Positions 30,201 to 43,412 of a DNA stretch of 64,000 bases are shown one piece after another. The position numbers and the translations under genes were made by a program. The stretch comes from the human T2T-CHM13v2.0 reference genome, Homo sapiens: assembly GCF_009914755.1 (NCBI RefSeq), contig NC_060931.1; one strand, 5' to 3'. Positions within the stretch are counted from its first letter, which is position 1. Each line of letters begins with the position of its first letter. Under the pieces are notes generated by a model. It did not search any database. It worked only from the letters and a program-made list of their open reading frames with translations, and was not told where the DNA came from.

Positions 30201-33200
30201 CACCACAGGCAGAATCAGATTAATAAAGCCAGTTCTTAAAGATTTAGAAAAACGAGATTTAGATAACCCTAAGTGGGAAACACCCAACTCACAGTATCAG
30301 AAAGATTATCAAGGCAGAAAACTGACAAAAATATTTGGGACCTGAACTCAACACTTGACCAAATGGACCTAACAGACATCTACAAAATTTCCTACTCCCA
30401 AAAAGAGAATATACATTCTTCTCATTTGCACATAGCACATACTCTAAAATTGACCACAACACTGCCCATAAAGCAATCCTCAGCAATTGAAAAAAAGCTG
30501 AAATCATACCAACCACACTTTTGGGACCACAGCAAAATAAAAATAAAAATAAATACGAATAAACTCATTCAAAACCATACAATTACATGGAAATCAAACA
30601 ACCTGCTTCTGAACGACTTTTGGGTAAAAAATGAAATTAAGGTAGATATCAAGAAATTCTTTGAAACTAATGAGAACAAAGTGACAACATACCAGAATCT
30701 TCAAGACATAGCAAAAGCAGTGTTGAGGGAATTTTACAGCACTAAACACTCACGTGAAAAAGTTAGAATAATCTAAAATTAACAACCTAATATCATACCA
30801 AAAAGGACTATAAAAACAAGAGCAAACCAATCCCAAAGCTGGTAGACAACAAGAAATAACAAAAATCAGAGCTGAACTGAAGGAAATTGAGAGGGAAAAA
30901 AACCATGCAAAAGATAAGTGAATACAGGAGTTTGTCCTTTGAAGGAACAAATAAGATTTTTATTAGTCTAGACACTAGCTAGACTAATAAAAAAGAGAGA
31001 TCTACGTAAACATAATAGGAAATGAAAAACGGGACATTACCACTGACCCAACAGAAATATAAAAAACTCTCAGAGACTACCATGAACATCTCCATGCACA
31101 CAAACCAGAAAACCTAGAATGAATGGATAAATTTCTGTAAATATATAACCTGTCTAGGAAGAAATACAATCCCCGAACAGACCAATAATGATTTCTAAAA
31201 TTGAATCAGTAATAAAAAGCCCACTAACTAGAAAAAGCCTATGACCAGATAGATTTACAGCCAAATTCTCCCAGATGTATAAAGAAGAGCTGGTGTGATT
31301 TCTACTGAAACTATTCCAAAAAATTGAGGAGGAGAGACTCCTCCCTAACTCTTCTATGAGGATAGCATCATCCTAATTCTAAAACCTGGAAGAGGTACAA
31401 CCAAAAAAGAAAAAAATAAAATAAAATAAAATAAAATAAAATAAAAAAACTTCAGGCCAATAACTTTGATGAACCCAGATTCAAAAATCCTCAGCAAAAT
31501 AATAGCAAACTGTGTCTAGCATCACATCAAAACGCAAATTCACCACAATCAAGTATACTTTATTCCTGGAGGCAAAGTTAGTTCAACATACACAAATTAA
31601 TAAATTTAATGCATCACATAAACAGAACTAAAAACAAAACCATATGATTATATCAATAAATACAGAAAAATGTTTTTATAAAATTCAACATCCTTTCATG
31701 TTAAAGACTGTCAACTCACTAGCATGGAGGGGAAGATATTTCAAATTAATAAAAGCCATCAATGACAAACCCATAGCCAACATCATACTGAATGGGCAAA
31801 AGCTGGAAGCATTCTGCCTGAGAAACAGAAAAAGACAGATGTCTACTCTCAGCACTCCTATTCATCATAGCATTGAAAGTCTTAGCCAGAGCAATCAGGC
31901 AAGAGAAAGAAATAGAAGACATCCAAATAGGAAGAAAGGGAGTCAAACTATTATCTTTGTTTGCATATAACATGATTCTATAACTAGAAAACCCCATGGT
32001 TTTCTAGGGTTTTCATAGTTTTTTAGAAAACCTCACAGTTTTCTGTGGCCAAAAGCTGCTAGATCTAATAAACAGCAACTGCAAAGTTTCAATATACAAA
32101 ATCAATGTAGAAATACCAGTAGCATTTCTGTAAATCCACAGTCTCCAAGCTGAGAGCTAAATAAAGAGAATAAACCTATTCACAATAGCCAAAAATATAC
32201 TAAAATACCTAGGAATAGAGCTAAGCAGGGATGTGAAAGATCTCTACAATGAGAATTACAAAACATTACTAAAGAATTCATAGGTATTACAGACAAATGG
32301 CAAAACCTTCATGCTCATGGATAGGAAGAATCAACATCATTAAAGTGGCCATACTGCCCAAAGCAATTTACAGATTCAATGCTATTCCTATCAAACTACC
32401 AATGATAGTCTTCACAGAATCAGAAAAAAAACTATTTTAAAATTAATATGGAACAAAAAAGAACCCAAATAGTCAAGGCAATCCTAAGCAAAAAAAGAAT
32501 ACAGCTGGAGGCATCATGTTACCCAGTTTTAAACTACACTACAAGGCTACAGTAACCAAAACAGCATGGTACTGGTTAAAAAAAAAAAAGAACAGACACA
32601 TAAATCAATGAAACAGAATAAGGAGCCTAGAAATCATGCTTCACACCTACAGCCATCTGATCTTCAACAAAGTTGACAAAAACAAGCAATGGGGAAAGGA
32701 CTTTCTATTCAGTAAAGATGGTCCTGAAATAACTTGCTAGCCATATGCAGAAGATTAAAGCTGGACCCCTTCCTTACACCATGTACAAAAATCAACTCCA
32801 GATGGACTAAAGACTTAGCTGTAAGACCTAAAACTATAAATACTGTGGACAAGAACCTAGGCAATATTATTTAGAACATTGCCCCTTGCAAAGGTTTTAT
32901 GATGAAGATACCAAAAGCAATTGCAGCAAAAGCAAAAATTGACAAATGGGACTTAATTCAACTAAAGAGCTTCTGTGCAGAAGCATAAACTATCAACAGA
33001 ATAAGCGACAACCTACAGAATGGGAGAAAGTATTTGTAAACTATGGATCTGACACAAGTCTAATATCTAGAATGTGTAAGAAGCTTAAACAAAGTAACAA
33101 GCAAAATCAAGCAACCCCATTAAAAATTTGACAAAGGACATAGATACTTTTCAAAAGAAGAAATATACTTACTTAGATACTTTTCAAAAGAAGACCTATA

Positions 33201-33960
33201 AGCATATGAACAAATGCTCAAAACCACCAATCATCAGATAAATGCCAATCAAAACTACAATGAGATGCCATCTCACACTAGTCAGAATGGCTATTATTAA
33301 AAAGTCAAAAAATAATAGATGCTGGTGATGCTGCAGAGTAAAATGAATGCCTATATACTGCTAGTGGGAAGGAAAATTTGTTCAGCCGTTGTGGAAAGCA
33401 GCTTGGCAACTTCTTAGAGAACTTGGAACAGGACTAACATTCAACTAGGTATACACCCAAAGGAATATAAATTGTTCTGTCACAAAGACAAATGCATGTG
33501 TGTAATCATTACAGCACTATTCACAATTGCCAGGTCATGGAATCAAGCTAAATGCCCATCAGTGGTAGAATGGATAAAGAAAATGGGGCACACATAATCA
33601 TAGAATACTATGCAGCCATAAGAATGAATTAGATCATGTCCTTTGCAGAAACATGGATGGAGATGAAGGCTTTTATCCTGAGCAAACTGATGCAGGAATA
33701 GAAAACAAAATACTGTGTTTTCTCACTTATAAGTGAGAGCTAAATGTTGAGTACACAAGGACGGGGAAAACAGACACTGGAGCCCCCTTGACTGTGGAGC
33801 CTGGGAGGAGGGTGAGGATCAAAAAACTACCTATCAGGTATTGTGCTTATTACCTGGGTGACAAAATAATTCGTACACCAAATCCCCATGACATTCAATT
33901 TATCTGTATAACCAACCTGCATATGTACCCCTGAACCTAAAATTAAAGTTAAAAAAGAAA
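27253..33960 (+). mobile_element. Full-length (~6.7 kb) inactive L1PA15/16-type LINE-1
   Basis: 5' 'caaggtggcagattagaagcagc', GC-rich UTR, ORF1 remnant (~28740-29700), ORF2 start ATG at 29771. EN/RT peptides in ORFs 30273-30776 ([15 protein letters not shown]) and 31644-31970 (KIQHPFMLK...[16 protein letters not shown]). 3' UTR 'aaaaactacctatcaggta...tgtacccctgaacctaaaattaaagtt' and A tail. Confidence 0.95.
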
Positions 33961-35830
33961 TTTAAAAAGTTGGTATGTTTTTATATGCTTATTATCTCTT
34001 TGGATATTTGCTTTGGTGTGGCCTTTTGTCCAGTTTTTATTAGGTTCATTATTTTCTTATTGTTGAGTATTATGAGTTTTCCTTGTATCTAAGAAATAAG
34101 CCTTTTATCTGAATCATGTTCTGCAGGTATATTCTCCCAGTTTGTGCCTTGAATTTAATTATCTTAATTGTGTCTACACCGACTAAAATTTTTTAATGTT
34201 AATATAGTCTAATTGATCAGCTTTTCCTTTCATAGGTCATGCTCTTAATATTGTATCCAAAAATTCATTATCAAATATACATTCACGTAAATCTCTTCTT
34301 TTAGAATTGTAAATAATTTAGGTTCCATATTTAAAATTATGATCAATTTAGAGAAAATTTCTTTGTGAAAGATAAAAAGTCTGGGTTTACTTTTTGTTTT
34401 GTTTGCAGATGGACTTCCAAATATATAGCACCATTTGTTAAAAAAAAAAAAACAAACTAAGCTTTCTACACTGGATTGATTATTCAACAAAAAATAAATT
34501 GACTCTATTTGTATGGCTCCACTTCTAGGCTATCTATTCTAATAATCTATATGCCTGTTATTTTACCAATACCATGCTATTTTGATTACTATAGCCTTAT
34601 CATACATATTGAAATCAAGTAATTTATATCATTCTATCATCCTACTTTGTTATTCTTCTTCAGTATTGTATTGGCTATTTTCTCTTCACAGTAACTTTGG
34701 AATCAATTTGTCAAATAATTGATAACAATATTATGTCTTACAATCAGTGAACATATACTATGTGCCTACTTATTTAGATTTTTGTTTTTTTATCAGAAGT
34801 CTTAGTTTTCACATATAGATTCTATGCATGTTTTAGACATACTTACTTTTTTTATCTTTTCCAGTTTACTTTTTCATAGTAATGCTTTATTTTTTGATGA
34901 AGCTGTGCTCATTTTTTAGTTCCAGGAGTTATTTGTAGATTTTTTGTAATTTTTTTAAATAACAAAATTATGTAATCCACGAAAAGGACAGTTTTAACTC
35001 TTCCTTTGCAATCTCTCTATGTTTTCTTTCCTTTAATTTTGTCTTATTATACTAGCTAGTATTTTAGTATAGTTTTGAATAGGAGTAGGGAAAGAACACA
35101 CTTTCCATGTTCTCAAATATTAGGGGAAAATTGTCAAATTTCTCACCATTACCTATAATTTTTGTGGATATTCTTTATCTAGTTGAAGAAGTTCCCCTCT
35201 TTTCCCAGTTTGATCACTGCTTTGATTATTAATGGGTGTTAAAATTGTCAAATACTATTTTTTATGCATCAGTGGTTATAAGTATACAATTTTTGCCTCT
35301 TAATATGGTATACCATTGCATAGATTGATTTTTGAATGTTGAACGATCCTTGTATTCCAGTACTACATCTCATTTGGGTTTAGTATATAATGATTTTAGA
35401 CATCATTGGATGCAATTTACTAATAAGTTGCATCCAATTTATTAATAAATTTATTGAGGGTTTTTGCATCTATGTTCATGTTCATTCCAGGGAATTCATC
35501 CATTTCATTTAGTTTATCAGTATTGGTCTCTACATTTCCATTCCTGTCATGTCTTTATCACGTTCTGTTTTTAGAAAAATGCTAGTTTCATAAAATACAT
35601 TTGGAAGTGTTTCTTCTGATATAATTTCTGGAAGAGATTGTGGAGAATTGGTATAATTTATTTCTTAAATGTTTGGTAGAATTCACCAATCCAGGCCTTG
35701 CATTATCTGTTTTGGAGTGTTATTAATTATTTATGCCATTTATTTAGTTGACATATATCTATTCAAATAATCTATTTTTCCATGTGTGGACTTTGCTAGG
35801 TTTTGTATTACAAGGAAATGGTCCAGAGTT

Positions 35831-36252
35831 TGTTCTATGGAAGGGCCATATATGCAAAGCAACCCCCAAATGCCAGAGGAGACAAGAAACCAAAGGAGGC
35901 AGGCAAATCCAGTTTGTTGGTATTGGTTGATTTATTAAGGGAACTTATAGACAAAAGCATGGTCTTGGGGCAGCCATCTGGCAGGTAGATCTCTGCACTG
36001 TCACTCCCCAGACAAGGCTCATATACCGTAGGAAAAGAGTATGTGCTCTAGAGATACAATTAAAGGTGACCCTCCAGAACAGGCAAGAGTGCTATGAGCT
36101 TCATAGCCTTTAATTTGTGTGATAACATCAAGGTTGCTTTGTTCTTACACTAGGGACAGTAAATAATGTAGGAATCAGGAGGCATATATGGAATTAATTA
36201 TAGGTCAACATGGCATATTAACATCCAAGACAGAGTCACTTTTGTCTCCATG
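35831..36252 (-). mobile_element. ERVL-class solo LTR (LTR47-like, tentative)
   Basis: The reverse complement starts 'tggagacaaaagtgactctgtcttggatgttaatatgccatgttgac'. Perfect 5-bp TSD GAGTT at 35826-30 and 36253-57. Confidence 0.75.
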
Positions 36253-36838
36253 GAGTTCATAATATATATTTTTATTATGTTCTTAATACCAATGGTCTCA
36301 GTAATGATGACACTCTTTCTTTACTGGTATTATTAACAGTAATGTGTGCTTTCTCTCTTTTTTTTTCTTGGTTAGTCTGGCATAATTACTAATTTTATCA
36401 ATCTTTTCAAAGAAGCAGCTTTTGGTTTCATTGACTTTCTTGAAATATTTTCTATTTTATTGATTTCTGCTTTCCTTTTTATTACTTGATTTCTTCTGCT
36501 TGCTTTAGGTTTAAATTGCTCTTCTTTATCTAGTTTCCTAAATTGAAAAATTAGCGTATAGATTTTATATCTTTTCCCTTTTCTAATATATGCTCTTGGT
36601 GCTATACATTTCCCTCTAAACACTGTTTTTAATACATCCCACGATTATATCTTCTGAAACTGCCCCACAGTTCTTGGAAGCTTTTTTTCTTTTTGTTTTT
36701 CATTTTATTTTCATTTTGCATTTCTATTGGGGTAGATTCTGTGGACCTACTATCAAGCTCACTTATTATTTTATTTAACTTTGTCTAGCCCACTTATGAG
36801 CCATTAAAGCATTTCTTTCTGCTCTTAGAATTTTCCTC

Positions 36839-37677
36839 TGTTAAGGACTAAATGTGTGTTCCTTCAAAATTCATACTTTACAACCTTAACTCTTAATATG
36901 ATAATATTCAGAAACAGGGCCTGTAGGAGATATAGAGTTGGATGAATTCATAAGAGTGGATCCCTCATGCAGGGATTATTACTCTTATAAGCAAAGACAC
37001 AAGAGAGCTTGTTAGTTCTCTCTCTCTCTCTGTCTCTCTTAACCATATGATAACACAGCACAGAGGACATTTGCAAGATAGAAATAACCCTCAACAGAAA
37101 CTTAATTGGCTGCACATTTATCTTAGACTTCCAAGCCTCTGGAAGTGTAAGAAATTAAATTCTATTGTGTAAATCACACCGTCTATGGTATTTTATTATG
37201 ACAGCCCGAACAGACTAACACAGGTTTCTGCACTGGGAGCGAGTGCTGATGTATTAGAACAAATGCCTAAAAATCTGCAACTGTTTTTAGAGTGGATAAT
37301 GACTAGAAACTAAAAGAGTTCTTAGGTACTAAGAATTCTAAAAATATGAATGTTAAGGGTGATTCTGCTGAGGTCTCAGATGGAAATAAATAAAATCTTA
37401 TTGGGAACTTGAGGAAAGTTAATCCTTGTTATAACGTGGCAAAAAAACTTGACTGAACTGTGTTCTAATCTTTTGTGGAAGGTAGAATTTGCAAGTGATG
37501 AAATTAGATATTTAGCTAAGAAAATTTATAAGTAAAGTGTTGAAGGAGTGACTTGGTTCCTCCTGGATGGTTGTCATAAAGCGTGAGGGTAGTAAGATGG
37601 ATTGAAGAAAAAATTGCTAAGCAAAAAAAGAACAGACCTTGAAGATTTCAAAAATTATCTGCCCATCAATATCATAA

Positions 37678-37709
<32 letters not shown>

Positions 37710-38900
37710 AAGCCTATCCTGAAGATCACCTAAGGATGTGGCTGCACTATTACTTGATAATTTGTAGGATTATACGAGCAGAAACACTGCCAGTCTGAAT
37801 TGGAGGGGATGGAGACAGAATGAAACAAATGAAGGCTGTTGGACTCCTTGGATTTTACAGGATGTGACAGTAGAGCCATTTGGCTGCAAATGTGCACTGT
37901 TCTTCAAGAGAAAAAAAAATGACTTCAAATGTGACTCAGAGATTACCACGGCCACTACCTTATGGTTAACAGGAGGCTTGGTTGTGGGACAGCCCTTCGC
38001 GGGTTTTGGATCTGGGCCACCCAGCATCTTGGGGCCTGGCCTCTACCTCATAGAGCCTTGGGGTTTGCACCCCTGCTTAACAAAGCCATGGAGGCAGGGC
38101 CATGGTCCCAGTGGGCACAGAAGTTGACACCACCTCTCAGCTGGACTACAGGACAGAATATCAAGCCAAAAGAATTATTCTCATGATTTAAGATATAATG
38201 TAATTTGCTTTGCTAGGTTTGGGACTTGCTTGAGTCCTGTCACCCCTTCCTTCCTTCTTATATCTCCCTTTTGAAATGAGAATGTCTACCCAATGCATAT
38301 CTCATCATGATATTTTGAAAGCATAAAATTCATCTGGTTTCACTGGTTCACATCTGGAGACAAAACTTATATCAGGATAAATTCTACCAGGAGCCTCACC
38401 CATACCCAATTTATATGATATTTAAATGAGAATTTGGACTTTAGGCTTTAAGGGTGCTACTGGAATGAGTTAAGAATCTGGTGGCTGTTAAGATGCAATA
38501 TATGTATTTTGTATGCAAGAAGGACATGAATTTTGGGTGGCCAGGGGCAGAATGTTAGGGATTAAGAATTTGTGTCCCTAAAATTTCATAAGTTGGAGCC
38601 CTAACCTCCAGTGTGATGTATTTGGAAATTGAGTCTTCAGGAGATAACTAGGGTTAGACAAGCTCATGAGGATGGGGCACTCATGCTGGGATTAATAACC
38701 CAATAAGAAGACAGGCCAGAGGGTGCTCTCTTGCAAATGCATTTGCAAGACAGAAGAAAGCCCTCGCTAGTAACAAAATGGACCATCCCCTTTATTTTGG
38801 ACTTCCCAGTGTCCATATCTCTTTTTAAAAAGTTAATTTCTGTGGTTTAAGGCACCCAGTGCATGGCATTTTTTTATGGCAGCCCAAGCTGAAAAACACA
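36839..38900 (+). mobile_element. Two-LTR MaLR provirus (MLT1A-type): 5' LTR 36839-37222, internal 37223-38552, 3' LTR 38553-38900
   Basis: Both LTRs start TG...'aaaattcata'/'aaatttcata' and end 'cagccc.a.c.ga..aacaca'. The internal part starts like MLT1-int ('aacaaatgcctaaaaatctg'). Purine-rich 'gggtggccaggggcagaa' precedes the 3' LTR. Confidence 0.9.
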
Positions 38901-40479
38901 TCTCTTTGCTTACATTTTCTGCTTATGCCATTAGCACTGCTAACATGTTAATCACAGATCAATTCCCTCTTTGATATTTACAATGTTGGTGTCATACATA
39001 TGTCTGCTTTCAATTTTTGTTTTCTCTCTTCAGACTGTTTTCACTTGCCTTTGGATATTCTTTTAGGTTTTTGTTGTCAGCTAGACATGTTATGTAGGGT
39101 AAGAGAGGTAAAGTGATTTTAGAGTTTGGATTTATATAATTATTCCTAGGAGTTGGTCTTTACTCTTTGCTCTTGTTGTAGGTGCCAAAGGTGTCAAGTT
39201 TTACTATTGTTTTGTTTGCTTGTTTTTCTTCTCGACTTTGGGCAACTCTAAGTACTTCCCAGAGAGAGTCTGCTTACATCACTTTTTCAGTTTTAATTTA
39301 CTATTACTATACTGAAGACCCGCTGGTGTGATGGTAAGGTGTGATGGAGGAGAAGCATTCTATAATATTATTATTAAACCTCAGATTTTTAATCGGCTTG
39401 TGTTTCTGTGCTGCGGCCTTCATAAAAGTTTTTCTAGTGGTATAGCCCACACACATATAGACTTACACACACCCAGACACATGCACACACACACATGCAT
39501 GCATGTGCACACACACCACTCTTTCTTGAGATGTGAAGGCAAAAATAAAAGAATTTCTTTCTTCTATATGAGGAAAGCTTCTGGTAAAGAATTTTTCCGG
39601 GAAGAGGCTTTTGTTTTGCAGAATGCTCTGAGCAAATTTCACAATGATGAAATTTTCATCACTTTTCTTCCCCTGCTTGAGCCAGAAGAACTTTCTCAGC
39701 TCTTCTTCATGAGAACATGTTGGGATCTTGGACATAAAACCCATGAATAAGTGGTGCTCCTTTTAAGACAACAATCCCAGAAGCCTTTCTCTATCATGTT
39801 AGTCCACACTCAGCCTCCTCCAGCAGTTTGCCGAAATTCCCATTTGAATGCCTCCTCCTGCTAAGGTCCCAATATCTTCTAAGCCACAAAAGTAGCTCAG
39901 GATGCCACCCTTTGGAATTGCCTGCCTCTCCAGAGTTTAGAGTGACTGTTGGCTCTGCCAACTCAGGTGTCTGAGGGATCCAAGAAAAGCTGCTAATTCT
40001 CATCTGTTCAGCATTTACTTGTTACAGAAACAGGAGTGCTGACTTCTACACTATTTCTTGTGAGAGCAAAATTCAATTCCCTGTATTACTTTTTAAAAAT
40101 ATTTCCATTTTCTACATATTTTGCCTCAACTCATCATTTGTAGATTTCATAGAGGAATTCAACCTTCATTTGATTGAATGTTAGTGTATCACTTGTTGAT
40201 ACTACTTCATAAACTCATCTGTGTACCAACTTCAAGCATAAACAAAATGTTTCTCATCAAATAGAGATACATACTTAAGTCTTGTCTTGTATACCTTATA
40301 CACCTCTTTGAAATAGTAATCAGAAGTCATTCACTAATATAGAGACTATATACACAAATAACTCTAGCATAATTAAAACAACAAAAACATATTTACAATC
40401 TAATAATCTTGTAGCAGTTTTTAATGTTATCTTTTGCTGCTAGTTTATCATTTGACAGCTTCTGTACAATTGGAGAAAT

Positions 40480-40882
40480 TGCCTCTCATGCACACTTAAG
40501 TGTGTCATCCTTGTATGCGTCTCTTTTTCCAGGTGTTGCTCTAGTGCTCTTGGTGCTGCTGCTAGAAACCCCCTGCTAGGTTGCCATGCAATTGTAACTG
40601 GAGGAACCCCATGAGGAAAATGAGAGGTGGGGTGGTGAATAATTTTTTTCTCCCTTTCTTTTCTTCCTCATACAAGATCTGAAGATGACTGTAATGAGAC
40701 TTCTCTGCAAATGTTCTGTAGAACAAAAATCGGTTGCACTTAGTTTTGACACGCTTGATGATACATTCTAAGACAGCTGTCTCTCCTTTCCTGCTTCACT
40801 CTGCCTCTCTCTGTGTTCCTTGGGTATAATGCTGTCAATATTAGCATCAGCTTATGCTTTCCGGGGAGCCTAGGCTAAGCCA
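40480..40882 (+). mobile_element. Ancient ERVL LTR (LTR16/LTR33-like)
   Basis: The 3' end 'atgctttccggggagcctaggctaagcca' resembles the 'ctttctggggaacccaagctaagaca' terminus. The 5' boundary is approximate. Confidence 0.45.
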
Positions 40883-43209
40883 AGTGAAGCCCCAGGTGAT
40901 GTCTTTGCAAAAATAGAAGTAACTGTCCCTGGGTTCTATTGCCTACCTGTTCCTTCCTAAGGCCAAATTTCTGAACTTAAACCAAAGTGAAGTTACGATG
41001 TAAAATACCAAAGCCAGATGCTGATTAAGGCATGAGATGCATTGTTTCCTCAGCTTTAAAATTTAAGAAAAATTCAGGTGCCTTCAATTCTCTTATTTGT
41101 TACATGTAACTCATCATTTCACTAACAATAAAAAACAAAACACATGCACAATGAGTGAGATGAAATGAAAGTCACCTCATCTCAACTAGTCTTCATAAAA
41201 CACTTTCTCCCATGTGAAAGTCTGTTTTGCCAAACAGAGGCCTTTAGTTCCCTATAGATCTAACCTCAGTAAGCCAAGGATAAATGCACTCTTAACTGGT
41301 CATCTGATTTTTAAAAAATAGAAACCTGCCAGCCTTCTCTCCCAATTGAATAGAGATTATTTTATTCACACTAAAATGTATAGTAGTTTAATTCTTGATA
41401 AATTTGCCATATGGGTGCTGAGGTCATAATTATCCACATGGAGTGGGAAAATCTGGGCATGGCTATTCCTCTACAGGCCATAGCTGTATGTCCTATCACT
41501 CTGTGAAGCATCTGTATGATCAAAATGGTTATTCATCACTCAAACTCTAATTCTGTCCACACAAATCAATAAGGGAGAAGCTGTAGCAAATCTATATGAT
41601 CTCCTAAATTATCTTTATATAGACAAAGGACTTGTGTCTTAACAAAAATGGGTCAAAATACTTAATATTTTAACATAATGCATTGTACCCTACTTTATAA
41701 TTGTAATTATATTTATAATATTTTAATGGCCTAAGCCTACTTTAATGACTTAAACCCAGTTTTGAATGAATTTAAAGGGTCCTTCTTGCTATTAGGTAGA
41801 AAATTATATGGCTTCTTTCAGCACTAAGTATAAAGGTTTTATTTTTGTCTTGTATAAGTGGACTCAACAGACAATTAGCTCTGCAACCTCATTAATTGCA
41901 GAAAGAATGGTACAGTGGCACAATGTCAAATATATTTAAATTGTAATACTTATTTTGGCAGATGTCAGCCAATATTTAATTGGCTTTTTTCCAACAAGTG
42001 CATAAAATATATAAAATCCATAAGTTATATGTAGGTGAATGTATCAAATAATTCATCTTGTAGTTCACCAAGAAGTGAAATTACTTAGCAACATTGTCCA
42101 TAGGCTTAATTCAGTTTGCATGTATGTGGGTTTGACTGTAATGTGCAATTTCAATTAGAAGTCACCAATTGTAATATTAAAAATTCAATAATGCAAAAAT
42201 TTAGTTCTTCAATTATCATTTGAAAATTACTAAAGACAATCTAAAATGAAATCCTCTTTCTTTCCACAGGCCCTTGTTTCATTCCTTGTAGAGGTAAAGT
42301 GGTTATTTAAGAATGTGTCTATTTATGTATCTTAATTTTCTTAGGAATGTTCGAAATTTCCATTGTTGATTGGTTGACAATCCATGTTAATCTATCTGAA
42401 GTAGCTCTTTAGAGGAAATGTAATCTTAAGCCATCTGCTTATTAATCCTTATTAATAATAATTTCAGAGAAATAATATTTGTAGACAATGTTCTAACATA
42501 ATGCATGGTGAAATATTTTCTCAAGTATTCTAAATTGTAGCCTTAGGTTAAATCTACAACATTCAAGAATGGTTCCTTTGGACAATAATTTAGTCCTTCA
42601 TAGAATGTATGCTATTGAAATTTAATTTGGCATTATTCAATTAACCTATCTTAAGGGACATTACAATAAACAGCTCTAGAATCTCTTCATTACATAAATT
42701 TTGGCAGTCATGTCAAGAAACTTGTCCAATAAATTGTTACTCTTCACAATGTAGTCTGCACATAAGTTTAGATCTACGAAATTTTGTTACTGGTCCATGA
42801 CTAGAAAAGGAAAGAAATTCAAGTAAAGCGTTTTACCAATGTTTGTGGAATAAAGTAATTTTATGTCTGTTGATTATAATAATAAAAATAAGACTTTATA
42901 TATCTTTAATATTTTTACTTTCATCATCATTGTGTCTTGCAAAAAAAAAAATCAGCTACAAAGTATTGGAACTAAAAAATAACAGTGGAAAGGTCATTCA
43001 CTCTAGCTAGTTTGAGAAGCACTGTACCACCTCTTGTGGTAGATGCCTCAGCAGAATCCATAGACACTTCTCAGGCTCCTCTTGAGGGAAAACTTTCCCA
43101 AAATAAAATTTCAGCATTATCATCTGTTTGTTCATTTCTCCTTTTACCTTTGTTGTTTGTGTTGACTTTATAATACTAGAATCTGAAGACCATGTAATTT
43201 TTTCACCCA

Positions 43210-43412
<203 letters not shown>

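Larger units (their letters stand above)
33970..40050 (-). mobile_element. Old L1M (ORF2, partial ORF1 and 5' UTR), interrupted by an LTR and a MaLR provirus
   Basis: Antisense ORF2 (ORF 36372-36623 FRGKCIAPRAYIRK...KAEINKIEN). Flanks rejoin across the MaLR ('cttagaattttcc|tctctttgcttacatt'). Confidence 0.75.

Noticed and set aside
27253-33960. Retrotransposition-competent L1
   Set aside because: ORF1 and ORF2 are broken into short frames by many stops and frameshifts, and the subfamily is old.
39328-39750. 140-aa ORF with a His/Thr-rich segment
   Set aside because: The HT repeats come from a degenerate (CA)n tract within an old L1 5' region.
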